IMG/VR virus record: IMGVR_UViG_3300013902_000013
Location: 1-64,000 of that record
Strand: one strand, 5' to 3'
Source: a virus
Lineage: Duplodnaviria; Caudoviricetes
DNA: 64,000 bases
The position numbers and the translations under genes are program-made. The notes beneath the pieces are model-generated. The model worked only from the letters and a program-made list of their open reading frames with translations, was not told where the DNA came from and made no database searches. Below are positions 1-9,280 of this stretch, in pieces (positions within the stretch are counted from its first letter, which is position 1; each line of letters begins with the position of its first letter).

Positions 1-514
1 TCCAACTTCCAGTTCCACCAGAACCGATAACAGAAGAACCAGGACTGGTATTAACACCTGTATTAGTATATAAAATAGGAGCGGCTCCTCCTCCTCCCTG
101 GGCTTGATATAAAATAATTTTATTTGAAGAGATGGAACTTTCACCTCCAACCTCGCCTGAATTACCATAGGCATATCCAAATGATCCTCCTCCAGTACCT
201 CCTTTACCACCATCTCCTCCTTTACCAACTATTAAATTTAATAGAGTATTTTTGGGAAAATATTCATAAGCGGCAAACATTAAACCAGCACCTCCACCAT
301 TTCCTCCTCCGCTAACCTTGCCAGAGCGGGTATTGATATAAGGCCAACCGCCAGATCCACCTCCACCCCCTCCAGACATGAGAATGTAATACCAACCTGT
401 TTTTGAAATAGTATAAGAATAAGAGCCTGCTGTTGTAAAACTTTGAAAATTTTGCTCAGAGATTTCTATATTACTATTATTGTTTTGTCCTAACAAAATT
501 CCATTTATAGCCAT
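1..514 (-). CDS. Glycine-rich tail-fibre-like protein with GILLG N-terminus (partial, runs off window edge; not in the supplied ORF track)
   Basis: Hand translation from ATG at 514 (RBS AGAAAGGA upstream) is open to position 2: MAINGILLGQNNNSNIEISEQNFQSFTTAGSYSYTISKTGWYYILMSGGGGGGSGG...LIVGKGGDGGKGGTGGG. This is the pattern of phage Gly-rich tail domains. Confidence 0.8.
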   Translation of the reverse strand, partial: MAINGILLGQNNNSNIEISEQNFQSFTTAGSYSYTISKTGWYYILMSGGGGGGSGGWPYINTRSGKVSGGGNGGGAGLMFAAYEYFPKNTLLNLIVGKGGDGGKGGTGGGSFGYAYGNSGEVGGESSISSNKIILYQAQGGGGAAPILYTNTGVNTSPGSSVIGSGGTGSW

Positions 515-638
515 TAAAATCATCCTTTCTATCAGTCTCAGAAACCCACAATATTTGAATTGTTAATTATTACCATTTTAATTAAATAAAAAACATGTTA
601 TAATAAAATAAAAAGATTAAGAAAAGAAAGGCGCTACA

Positions 639-1259
639 ATGGAAACATATGGATATGCAAGAGTTAGTAGTCATGAACAGAAATTAGACAGACAGTTAAG
701 GGCACTAATTGACGCGGGAGTGGTTGAAGATCATATATTTAGTGACAAGGCCTCAGGCAAGGATTTTAACCGTCCATCTTATCAAAGGCTCATGAAGGTA
801 ATTAAAGAGGGCGATACCCTAATTATAAAATCTTTAGACAGGCTCTCGCGCCATTACGAGGAAGCGCTTCAAATGTGGTCAGAGCTAATCCAAAAGCGCC
901 ATATCCAGATAAAAGTAATTGATACACCTTTTCTTAACACTAATAATGAATTAGGTGAAATGGGAATATTTATTAACAATCTTATAGTAAATGTATTATT
1001 CTTTAGTGCTGAACAAGAGCGCAAATTCATCAAACAGCGCCAAGCAGAGGGTATTGCAATAGCGAAAGAAAAAGGAGTTGCGTTTGGGCGCCCAACTAGA
1101 AAGCTTCCAGAAAATTTTCCAATGATTTACAATCTGTGGAAAGAAGGTTATCCAATTACTGCGCTCTTGCAATTTGCTGATGGTTACTGTTATAGCACTT
1201 TGCGCAACATGTTAAGAGACCCAAAAAAATATGGTGCTGATATGGACAAATTATTATAA
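639..1259 (+). CDS. Small serine recombinase (resolvase/invertase family)
   Basis: N-terminal YGYARVSS...QKLDRQL catalytic motif, SGKDFNRP, LDRLSR, EQERKFIKQRQAEGIAIAKEKGVAFGRP and a short HTH-like C-terminus; 206 aa. Confidence 0.92.
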   Translation: METYGYARVSSHEQKLDRQLRALIDAGVVEDHIFSDKASGKDFNRPSYQRLMKVIKEGDTLIIKSLDRLSRHYEEALQMWSELIQKRHIQIKVIDTPFLNTNNELGEMGIFINNLIVNVLFFSAEQERKFIKQRQAEGIAIAKEKGVAFGRPTRKLPENFPMIYNLWKEGYPITALLQFADGYCYSTLRNMLRDPKKYGADMDKLL

Positions 1260-1307
1260 TCTTATTAGTGGAATTTTTATTTCTTATATAAAGGAGGAAT
1301 AAATTCC

Positions 1308-1691
1308 ATGGAACAATATATATATCAGATTATAGAAGCGCTGGGTGCAATTCTCAGTATCGTACTTATTCGTCTTTTGCATAACTTTGCTACAAAGGCT
1401 AGGCAAGAGGCAAAGAATGAGAAAGCTAATTTCTATATAGACCTGTTAGAAAAAGCTATCTCAGACGCGGTTTCCGCTACGAACCAGACCTATGTAGATG
1501 CACTCAAGGAACAGGGTAAATTTGACGAGAGCGCGCAGAAATTTGCTTTTAATAAAACTAAGAAGGCAGTTATGGATGTTTTAGGTGAAAATGGTCAGAA
1601 AATACTGGAAGCCGCAATTAAAGATTTAGACGCTTATATAGATGCTAAAATTGAAGCTGCGGTTAAAGAAGAGAAAATACTCACAAAATAA
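1308..1691 (+). CDS. Putative holin (LL-H-like)
   Basis: One N-terminal hydrophobic helix followed by AVSATNQTYVDALK...KF and IEAAVKE, typical of LL-H-type holins; AGGAGG RBS. Confidence 0.65.
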   Translation: MEQYIYQIIEALGAILSIVLIRLLHNFATKARQEAKNEKANFYIDLLEKAISDAVSATNQTYVDALKEQGKFDESAQKFAFNKTKKAVMDVLGENGQKILEAAIKDLDAYIDAKIEAAVKEEKILTK

Positions 1692-1730
1692 GAAAAAGGG
1701 TAGTAACATAAGTTACTACCCTTTATTTTT
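1692..1730. terminator. Bidirectional intrinsic terminator
   Basis: 13-bp inverted repeat AAAGGGTAGTAAC / GTTACTACCCTTT with A- and T-rich flanks between convergent genes. Confidence 0.85.
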
Positions 1731-2037
1731 ATGTGATTCGTGAGAAAATTTTATTGGCTTGTGTAATAATTTCAAATCCATATGTAGCTATTAAGTCAGC
1801 AATAAACTCTTCTAGTTCCGCGCTCATGACGACATTATAACTGAACATCGCGGCATGGGTAATCTCATGAGCTAGAACCTTCCATGTTAAAGATTCGTCT
1901 AAGTTATCTACGATATAAATGCCCTTGGTTTGCCAGTCACACGCGCCTATGGTCCAAGTTCCGTCAGACTGGCGCATTTCTGGGTGATTGGGAGATACAA
2001 GATATATCTCCCATTTAATGTTATTAATCTTTATCAA
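1729..2037 (-). CDS. HExxH metallopeptidase-like protein (ImmA/IrrE-like fold)
   Basis: VLAHEITHAAM motif followed by EEFIAD; last gene of the 4613->1729 operon. Confidence 0.65.
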   Translation of the reverse strand: MIKINNIKWEIYLVSPNHPEMRQSDGTWTIGACDWQTKGIYIVDNLDESLTWKVLAHEITHAAMFSYNVVMSAELEEFIADLIATYGFEIITQANKIFSRIT

Positions 2038-2615
2038 ATTCTATTCACAAGACCTGCCATCTTATTCCTTAATAAATCTTTTTCCTCTTGTGATAAATCA
2101 TTTATTATTTCTATCATATCTTGAGTTAAATCATTCATGTATTTATCTAATTCTTTCATTTTAGTTTCTTTATCTAAATGACCTTCGCGCGCTTCCATAT
2201 AGCCTTTTCTTGAAAGCCCACTTCTTCCCTCGCGCGAGTCCCGCTTCATGGTCGGCACTTTAGTTTCACGGTATGGACCTATAGCATCATCATACTCGGA
2301 ATAGCGTTCGGGCTTCATTCTGATTCCCGCGCGGTCACCATGATAATACATTCTATAAGGCTCGTCTTGTTCATATCTATCTCTGTCATACATTGGATTA
2401 GGATAATATGGGATTTCTCTAAAGTAACGCTTTCTACCATATTCATCTTTTTCTTCCATTGCTTCTACTATTGTATGATAATAACAAGCTTCTTCAAGGT
2501 CTTTAATCATGTCTACGACTTCACCCATCTCATGCGCATCTACATTGCCCAGGTCTCCGATCTGACCCTGAACCGCCGCGATTAAAGTCTTTTTTATTGT
2601 TTTTAAATCTTCCAT
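2034..2615 (-). CDS. Hypothetical protein, charged and helical (unknown module gene 5)
   Basis: 193-aa ORF, translationally coupled to its neighbours. Confidence 0.8.
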   Translation of the reverse strand: MEDLKTIKKTLIAAVQGQIGDLGNVDAHEMGEVVDMIKDLEEACYYHTIVEAMEEKDEYGRKRYFREIPYYPNPMYDRDRYEQDEPYRMYYHGDRAGIRMKPERYSEYDDAIGPYRETKVPTMKRDSREGRSGLSRKGYMEAREGHLDKETKMKELDKYMNDLTQDMIEIINDLSQEEKDLLRNKMAGLVNRI

Positions 2616-2616
2616 A

Positions 2617-3036
2617 TTACGCCACCCTTTCTACAATTAAATTTGCATTTTGAATGTCTACGTTTACTCCACTAAGATTTTTGATACTTATAGAATAATT
2701 ATCTCCACGAGGAACATTTAAAAACATGCTTGAAAATACATTAAAATAATCACCAACTGCAGTAGGCGTTACTATCATTGAAGTTGAAGTATTAGCTTCT
2801 CCATCTATTGCAAGAGCTAAAGTAATTGGTCCAACTGTAGAACCTGTTGTAAGCGCTACATTTCCTCCAAATGAAATTCTAAAGCGGGAGCGACACTGCT
2901 GTGTCACTCCTCTAAGATTAACTAACCCAGAGCCTTGCCTATGGATTATGCTACATGACCCCGGAACCGCAGTTGCTGTAAATAAAACGTTTCCGTTTGA
3001 AGCTACTGTTTGAACAGCATTAGCAGTTATTTCCAT
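2617..3036 (-). CDS. Hypothetical beta-sandwich protein, possibly BclA-CTD/C1q-like (module gene 4)
   Basis: 139 aa of alternating beta-strand pattern (FRISFGGNV, ITLALAIDG, SISIKN, NANLIVERV). The fold call is inference. Confidence 0.6.
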   Translation of the reverse strand: MEITANAVQTVASNGNVLFTATAVPGSCSIIHRQGSGLVNLRGVTQQCRSRFRISFGGNVALTTGSTVGPITLALAIDGEANTSTSMIVTPTAVGDYFNVFSSMFLNVPRGDNYSISIKNLSGVNVDIQNANLIVERVA

Positions 3037-3050
3037 ATACTACTCCTTTC

Positions 3051-3917
3051 TTATGCGAGTGCGCCAGTATTATAGTTGCAACCGCATCCACCATAGTTAT
3101 AATTATAAGAACCAGTATAAGGATTTGGTACTACATATGCTGGCATTGCAGGTTTCGCGCCAAGTTGCTGTACAAGGTAAGCGTTCTGAGCTTGCTGTGA
3201 AGCCGCAAACTTAAGTGACTGATTTTCTGCTGTGAGCGCAGCAAGCCTGTCCTGAGTTAAGAAGTCAAGGATTGAACGAGTGTTTGCGTTCTGATTATCA
3301 ATTATGTCTCTTGCACTATCTGTTACCGCCTGTCTGGTCTGACACTCTTGGGTCGCGAGATTGTAGTTAAGGTCTGAGAACCCGGTCGTGATAGCTTGAC
3401 GGGTGTCACAACAACAGCTAGCCTGTTGAGCCGCCATGCTATTCAGCTGTGCGGTAATCGCGTTTGTATTCTGCATATTTGCAACAGTGTTAGAGTTGAT
3501 AGACTGTAAAATATCATAATCACCATTGGTAATAGTATTCTGAATAGTATTAAAACCTTGACAAAGTGAACTCTGTAAAGCGGCAGTATTATTTGCTCTT
3601 GCTAATGCGGCACTAGCAAAACCTTCTGATGTACCAGTAAATCCTGCGTCTATTGCGCGAGATAGATTATTAAAGTTTCCTTCTTCGCAGAGGTCAGCTC
3701 TTGTAAGCGCGCCCTGGAACGCCGGAGAATTTGCTGTACCTCCGCCGAAGCCACCTCTACCAAAGCCATCCCCGTAACCGAAGCCGCCCCAACAGAACAT
3801 TAGGATAAGGATCAACCACCAGCCATCGCCTCCCCAGCCTGAGTCTCTGTTACCATAACCGCCCGTAGCCGCAGCGATATCTGCTAAACTATAACCATTA
3901 GTATTACCGTTAAACAT
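3051..3917 (-). CDS. Gly/Cys/Asn-rich hypothetical protein with a hydrophobic segment (module gene 3)
   Basis: GGDGWWLILILMFCWGGFG hydrophobic stretch, SCCCD and GCGC cysteine clusters, coiled-coil-like C-terminal half. Confidence 0.8.
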   Translation of the reverse strand: MFNGNTNGYSLADIAAATGGYGNRDSGWGGDGWWLILILMFCWGGFGYGDGFGRGGFGGGTANSPAFQGALTRADLCEEGNFNNLSRAIDAGFTGTSEGFASAALARANNTAALQSSLCQGFNTIQNTITNGDYDILQSINSNTVANMQNTNAITAQLNSMAAQQASCCCDTRQAITTGFSDLNYNLATQECQTRQAVTDSARDIIDNQNANTRSILDFLTQDRLAALTAENQSLKFAASQQAQNAYLVQQLGAKPAMPAYVVPNPYTGSYNYNYGGCGCNYNTGALA

Positions 3918-3926
3918 AAATTTCTC

Positions 3927-4178
3927 CTATCTACGGAGCATTTCTTTTAATTCTGAGCTTGTTTTATCAAAATCCATTCCTTTGGCTTGGTACATATTTC
4001 TTACAATTTGTTCCATGTCATTTGTTTTATGTGAATTTGCAAGAGCTAAGAAATTTTGAGCCATTGGATTTTGAGACGCGTTTTGCTGTAGCATGCTCAT
4101 TACAATTTGCTGTGGATTTGCCCCGTTTTTCAGTTGCATTATAACTTTTAGTCTGGGGTCCATCTGCATATTATTCAT
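3927..4178 (-). CDS. Gln/Met-rich hypothetical protein (module gene 2)
   Basis: 83-aa ORF with RBS; NPQQIVMSMLQQ...NPM pattern. Confidence 0.75.
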   Translation of the reverse strand: MNNMQMDPRLKVIMQLKNGANPQQIVMSMLQQNASQNPMAQNFLALANSHKTNDMEQIVRNMYQAKGMDFDKTSSELKEMLRR

Positions 4179-4190
4179 TCTTTTCCTCCT

Positions 4191-4613
4191 TTAAAAATTA
4201 ATATCTAAAGGCTTCGCGGCAGGTTGTTCAGGAGTAGGGGTTGACGCCTCTATAGGCGGATTTTGCTGATTTTGCTGCAAAAGCGCGGTTAGCTTAGATA
4301 TAACATTATTGAATTCTTCTCTTGTAATATAATCTCCTTCTGAGAATTCAAAGTTGTTAGGAATCTCTTTTAATACATACATCTTAAGTGGCGCAGTTCC
4401 GTCCATCTGAAATTGTTTGGTATAAATACGGTTATTTGCTAAATCTGGAAAATAATTTATCATACCATCAAAGTCTATGGCGATTGCTCGCGCCTCTTCT
4501 ATAGAGGATACCGGTCTACCCTTTAAACCTGTCGGAGGAGCATTATAGATTGGCGCTCTAGGTGGGATATTTATCCCTTGAGCGCCGGGGTAATAATTAT
4601 TGTTATTCAACAC
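4191..4613 (-). CDS. Hypothetical protein (module gene 1)
   Basis: 140-aa ORF with RBS AAGGAG; Pro/Asn-rich ends flank a globular core (GRPVSSIEEARA...YFPDL..NRIYTKQ). Confidence 0.8.
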   Translation of the reverse strand: MLNNNNYYPGAQGINIPPRAPIYNAPPTGLKGRPVSSIEEARAIAIDFDGMINYFPDLANNRIYTKQFQMDGTAPLKMYVLKEIPNNFEFSEGDYITREEFNNVISKLTALLQQNQQNPPIEASTPTPEQPAAKPLDINF

Positions 4614-4708
4614 AATTCTCCTTTCTTGGAATTTATATTATACTTTAAACCCCTTCATTTATTATAAAAAATATAAGAAGATAATTGTGAATGTTCGTAA
4701 CTGTAATT

Positions 4709-4766
4709 TCCGACAAGATTCTACAAATTTCGACAAATTACTGCGCTCAGCTTACTGGATTCGACA
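4709..4766 (-). promoter_or_regulatory. Cluster of Spo0A (0A) boxes upstream of the 4613->1729 operon
   Basis: Minus-strand TGTCGAA at 4729-4735 and 4760-4766 (both in TTTGTCGAA context), plus one-mismatch TGTAGAA at 4719-4725 and TGTCGGA at 4709-4715. Three boxes are exactly 10 bp apart. TATAAT lies at 4661-4666 with no consensus -35. Confidence 0.65.
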
Positions 4767-4788
4767 AAACAGTAAGCTCAAAAAAGCA

Positions 4789-4825
4789 AAAAAAAATAGA
4801 ACCGCATTTAAGCGATTCTATTTTA
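4789..4825 (-). terminator. Intrinsic terminator ending the tail-fibre operon
   Basis: Hairpin ATAGAACCGC-ATTTAA-GCGATTCTAT followed on the minus strand by a T9 run. Confidence 0.6.
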
Positions 4826-5303
4826 TAATTACCAATACTGAGATTGGATTTATCGGTTGGTGTCCTGCTATGAATTGAATTTTTCCATTTTCTACTTTGC
4901 AAGCCAAAATTAAACTATACTCACGTTCGTTCTGAGTGCATTGTATTACTACAGATTCTGGATTATCTGCGCCAGTAATTTCTTCCTCATATACCCAGCG
5001 CGACTCGACCTCGGACCATTTATCTTTTTCTAATGTGATTGGGAACATCTTCGCACCCATAGAGACCTGGATTAAAAGATCATTAAGCTGTTCGCGCAAC
5101 TCTGCAATATCATTAATAGTTGCAATTTCATCAGCTTCCACTATTTCATCCTTTTGCACTATCGCGTTTGCCGCGACCCCGACACGCTCGGTCTCAGACA
5201 CGTCGGCATACATCAAGGCGTTCTTTGCGCTGGCGCGCTGTAAATAAACGTATCCTTTGGTTTTTTCTTTTGGTAAGGTGTCAACTAATTTAAATAATGC
5301 CAT
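4818..5303 (-). CDS. Tail-fibre-associated hypothetical protein
   Basis: 161 aa; the C-terminal ~75 aa resembles the domain in 8966-9265, 9281-9832 and the end of 11983-14439. Confidence 0.65.
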   Translation of the reverse strand: MALFKLVDTLPKEKTKGYVYLQRASAKNALMYADVSETERVGVAANAIVQKDEIVEADEIATINDIAELREQLNDLLIQVSMGAKMFPITLEKDKWSEVESRWVYEEEITGADNPESVVIQCTQNEREYSLILACKVENGKIQFIAGHQPINPISVLVIIK

Positions 5304-5341
5304 AATATTTTTCTCCTTTTATTTATATTATAACATAATTT

Positions 5342-7459
5342 TTAACTAATTTGGACGGGAATAGTATAATAATATAATTTTTCCCCATCTTGAAATAAAG
5401 TAAAGGATTTGTCTCTTGGAGTAAAATTACCTATAGAATTACGATTTCTTATTAATGGGCCTTTGTGAAATTTTGTCCATGAATTAGTGTCCTTGGAGTA
5501 GTAAAGTCCTCCAAAAGTTATACCAATCCAAAAACTACCAGTATAAAATACATAAAAAAGATCTAATATATTTTCAGAAGAAGAAGTATCAATATTATAA
5601 AAAGAATCGTTATCAAGAGAAAAATTTTTTCCATCATAACTTATATAAAAATTGGCTTGTTCATCAATAATAATATAAAGACCATCTCCATAAAACATAT
5701 AATCAATAGAAGAATATAAAGTGGTGCTACTTGAATACCAATAGTTAAAATCATCGCTAAAATAAATTAAATTCAAATTATTGTCAACAGCATATAATCG
5801 ATGATTAACACAAAAAAATTGAGTATATAAATTATTAGTATCATATGAAAAGCTGTTTTGATCATTAATAGAGCAACGGTCAATAATACTAGTTAAATAA
5901 ATACCCTTTTTTGCGAGACCCACAACGAAGAATCCGTTATCTATAACTGTATAAGCCTTACTGTTAATATTTTGTATATCCTGACTGTTAAATTCGCAAA
6001 GTAATGTTAAATCTACATTTTGTGTTGAATATTTTGTAAATTTTTCATCAAAAGCAAAAACAGTATTAGTATATTCTTCTAATTTTACAGGAGCTATTTT
6101 ATCTTTATCAATATTTATTATACCGGGATGAGTTGATGAAGTCACTGTAGACCAAGTATCTCCTTTTTCTGAATAATACCAATAATAAGTAGAATTATAA
6201 TTTGTGCAAATAAAAAAAGTACTTTGAACATAAGAAAGGCTCATGTAATTCTTTTCATTTGAATTAACAAATGCTGGCTGAGAAGCTTTTTTCCACGTAA
6301 TCCCATCCGAAGTATAATATATTTCATTGTTGTAAAGACCTATCGCAGAAGATTGTCCAACCGTAATAGAACTAAGTTTTACAGCAAATTGAGATTCTTT
6401 CCAATTTTTAAGATTTGTTGTAAAAAAAATTTTTTTTGTATTATAAATAAAAGTCCAATATTGCTCATTTATTTTTATTAAACTACCACAGCCAGGTAAA
6501 GAAATTGTTTGCCAATTTTTTCCGTTGTCATTAGAATAAATCATATTGACATTAGCAATAGCGGAGTTTGATGCCCATATACTCCAAAAATTATTATTAT
6601 TAAAAATTTGTATTCCATAGTGACCACTATGGACAATACTAACATTAGGCAAAGTGGCAATTAGATCATTATTAAGATTAAGTATATTACCTCCAGAGTC
6701 AAGAATAAAAAAATTGTTTTCCCCGCCAAGAAAATCTATAACATTGCCAACACTTGTCTTCTCCCAATTTTCACCATCGCTACTTTTATAAAGATAACTA
6801 TCAAAATTGGCATACCAAAAATTATTAAAGTATTCTACTTTAGTATAATAGTTACAAATCTTATTTCCATTTTGAGCCTGTATCCAATTTTTTCCGTTAG
6901 AAGATACGTATAAGGGTTGTGATTTATCTGAGTTTCCATCTGTTGCAAAAAATTTTCCTCCTTTAGACCAAACTCGAAAAGAGTTATTCGATTCTGTCAA
7001 GCCGGAAAGACTTTTTTGGAAAGTATCATCTTCTAAATAATAAATTTCTCTAAGTCCACCTGCAATAACTATGTCTCCATCTGTAGCTAACGAATAATAA
7101 GAATCTGTTGAGTTAATTTTTGAAAAGTCTGGAGCGGTAAGATTATTATTTATACACTTAAAAATATTATTTTGAGCTAAAAGATAAACTGTACTATTGT
7201 TTGTTATACATCCATCAGTAGGCGTTGTTACTAAAACTGAAAACCAATTTATTTTATCTGAAGAATAATATAACTTTTCACCCCCTAACATAAAATAAAG
7301 TCCAGAGACTTTATTATAAAGTATTTGTTTCATGGGAGACATGAATGTTGAAAATTGAATAGTATTTATTCCTTCTTCCCAAATACAAGGCTTTAAAATA
7401 TTTTCAATAGAAACAAGATATTCTACTTTTTGATTAGATTTTTGTCCTGAAGCTATCAT
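5342..7459 (-). CDS. Beta-propeller/BNR-repeat protein, candidate receptor-binding protein
   Basis: 705 aa with repeated Asp-box-like motifs (YYSSDKINW, YVSSNGKNW, YKSSDGENW, YSNDNGKNW, YTSDGITW, YISYDGKNF); very AT-rich. Confidence 0.7.
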   Translation of the reverse strand: MIASGQKSNQKVEYLVSIENILKPCIWEEGINTIQFSTFMSPMKQILYNKVSGLYFMLGGEKLYYSSDKINWFSVLVTTPTDGCITNNSTVYLLAQNNIFKCINNNLTAPDFSKINSTDSYYSLATDGDIVIAGGLREIYYLEDDTFQKSLSGLTESNNSFRVWSKGGKFFATDGNSDKSQPLYVSSNGKNWIQAQNGNKICNYYTKVEYFNNFWYANFDSYLYKSSDGENWEKTSVGNVIDFLGGENNFFILDSGGNILNLNNDLIATLPNVSIVHSGHYGIQIFNNNNFWSIWASNSAIANVNMIYSNDNGKNWQTISLPGCGSLIKINEQYWTFIYNTKKIFFTTNLKNWKESQFAVKLSSITVGQSSAIGLYNNEIYYTSDGITWKKASQPAFVNSNEKNYMSLSYVQSTFFICTNYNSTYYWYYSEKGDTWSTVTSSTHPGIINIDKDKIAPVKLEEYTNTVFAFDEKFTKYSTQNVDLTLLCEFNSQDIQNINSKAYTVIDNGFFVVGLAKKGIYLTSIIDRCSINDQNSFSYDTNNLYTQFFCVNHRLYAVDNNLNLIYFSDDFNYWYSSSTTLYSSIDYMFYGDGLYIIIDEQANFYISYDGKNFSLDNDSFYNIDTSSSENILDLFYVFYTGSFWIGITFGGLYYSKDTNSWTKFHKGPLIRNRNSIGNFTPRDKSFTLFQDGEKLYYYTIPVQIS

Positions 7460-8496
7460 AAACTTACCTCCTTTGTTTCTGAAGTATAAATTCCTGAATA
7501 AGTTGCCGCCATTAGAATACCATTTTGATAATTTACATCAAACACTTCTGAATCAATACCTTCGGTTTTTTCCCAACTCAAAGAATTTTCATTAAAATAA
7601 TAAATACCTTTTGTAGTTCCAGCATAATATCTATTATTTTCACAAAATAACTTTTTCCCTCCGGTATTTAACATCGTAGTCCTTTTAAGGGTAGATATAG
7701 AAAAATTTATTATAGCAGAATCCGTTATTATAAAAATATTATCGGTATCTTTTATAATAGCCGAATTCATTGTTTGAAATTCTACTATTGTTGTCGGTGA
7801 CCATTTATAATTATTTGCTATTTTTTGAGAATCCATTCCATCTAATTTACCTATTGCCACTATTCCAGGCATTATAAATATAAAGCCAATTTTGTCGATA
7901 TAAAAACAGTCTAGTGAATATGAAGTCTTACTAAAGCTAGCTACTAAAGTCCAATTATTACCAAATATGGTCCCATCAAGACTATTAAGTCCAAGGTCAA
8001 AATAGCCATCAATAAACCATCTTCCGTAAACTTTTTTTATAAAATGACTCGAAACAACACTCGTTAAGGTAGTTTTTTTCCAGCCTGTTAAACCGTCTAC
8101 AGTAATAGTATAATAATTTCCATTTTCATTAGAAGTCACCCATAATCCATTTTCTCCACAAGCTATCGCAGAACAGTTTGTTCCTTGAATAAGTGAATCT
8201 GTAATATCTACCCAAGTGATCCCATCTGTTGTTTGTTTTAATCCTGTTTGCGTTGCCGCTATTGCAATACGTTCTTTCATAATAGCAATACTTGTAGCTT
8301 GTGCATTGTCATTTCCGGTCTCAAAAGACCAAGTTTTTCCATTATTTTTAGAAAAATAAAGTCCCCCATCAGAATTTATCCCAATCCAAAGGTTTTGAAA
8401 AGGATAAATTTTTTCTAAACGCATTTTACTTACTTGAGTCCATTTTTTACCATTAAAATTTTTAGTTTCATCTTGTATTGCGCCCGATAATATCAT
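7456..8496 (-). CDS. Beta-propeller/BNR-repeat protein
   Basis: 346 aa; YFSKNNGKTW, QTTDGITW and GIYY/GIYT repeats. Confidence 0.65.
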   Translation of the reverse strand: MILSGAIQDETKNFNGKKWTQVSKMRLEKIYPFQNLWIGINSDGGLYFSKNNGKTWSFETGNDNAQATSIAIMKERIAIAATQTGLKQTTDGITWVDITDSLIQGTNCSAIACGENGLWVTSNENGNYYTITVDGLTGWKKTTLTSVVSSHFIKKVYGRWFIDGYFDLGLNSLDGTIFGNNWTLVASFSKTSYSLDCFYIDKIGFIFIMPGIVAIGKLDGMDSQKIANNYKWSPTTIVEFQTMNSAIIKDTDNIFIITDSAIINFSISTLKRTTMLNTGGKKLFCENNRYYAGTTKGIYYFNENSLSWEKTEGIDSEVFDVNYQNGILMAATYSGIYTSETKEVSL

Positions 8497-8954
8497 TACT
8501 TACCCCCCTCTTGTATTTCGTCCACTTTAAATTGAAAAGTATCATTATTTGAACTTTGTGAGCCATCTTTAATATATTTTATATCTATAAAATGGTCACC
8601 TTTTTCAACACTCGTATAAGTACATGATTGTTCAGAACTTTGTGATTTTCCTTTAAAGTTCATTTCATAAGTGCTATCAGCACTATTGCTTAAACTTAAA
8701 GCAGTATCTACTTTTCCCATAATACCGTAATCATAATTAGACTCTGCGTAATTTATACACTTAAAGAAAACAATACTATTTGCAACCAAATGTAATTTAA
8801 CCCTGCAAATAGCATAAGAACTATTAATACCCTTGTTTTTACTTTCATAATAGCCATTACTATTCAGCTCAAATCCATAAGTAGCATTTGCAATAGGTTC
8901 AACGGTATAAGAGCTTACATCTGGAACATAAGGTTTAGATAAATTATAAATCAT
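8496..8954 (-). CDS. Tail-associated hypothetical protein (beta-sandwich/carbohydrate-binding-like)
   Basis: 152 aa; YYESKNKG..SSYA, ESNYDY and HFIDIKYIKDGSQSSNND patterns; located within the tail-fibre block. Confidence 0.55.
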   Translation of the reverse strand: MIYNLSKPYVPDVSSYTVEPIANATYGFELNSNGYYESKNKGINSSYAICRVKLHLVANSIVFFKCINYAESNYDYGIMGKVDTALSLSNSADSTYEMNFKGKSQSSEQSCTYTSVEKGDHFIDIKYIKDGSQSSNNDTFQFKVDEIQEGGK

Positions 8955-8965
8955 TTATAACCTCC

Positions 8966-9265
8966 TTATGAAAATTTTACATCCATTAAGAGAATATATA
9001 CTGAAAGCGCGCTTGTAGGAACTTCGGCGCAAGAGAAAGTAAGCGAATTCGCAGCTTGTGTAATACACTGTACATCACAATCATTATACATTGTTCTACT
9101 CGCCGCAGCAGGTGTAGGTAATATAAATTGACTATCTTCATCTGCCAAAACACCTGTAAGTGTTACTGTTTGCTGATTATCTGTCCAGCCCGCTGTAGTA
9201 AGTGTTATCTTGTGCGCGACTACAGTAGAACCACCCGCAACTGGAAGTGATGAATTAAATAACAT
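8966..9265 (-). CDS. Small tail-fibre accessory protein
   Basis: 99 aa consisting almost entirely of the repeated ITL..GW...QTV.V.G...LTF...VPT..L.VYIL domain. Confidence 0.65.
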   Translation of the reverse strand: MLFNSSLPVAGGSTVVAHKITLTTAGWTDNQQTVTLTGVLADEDSQFILPTPAAASRTMYNDCDVQCITQAANSLTFSCAEVPTSALSVYILLMDVKFS

Positions 9266-9280
9266 ATTTTATCCTCCTTT

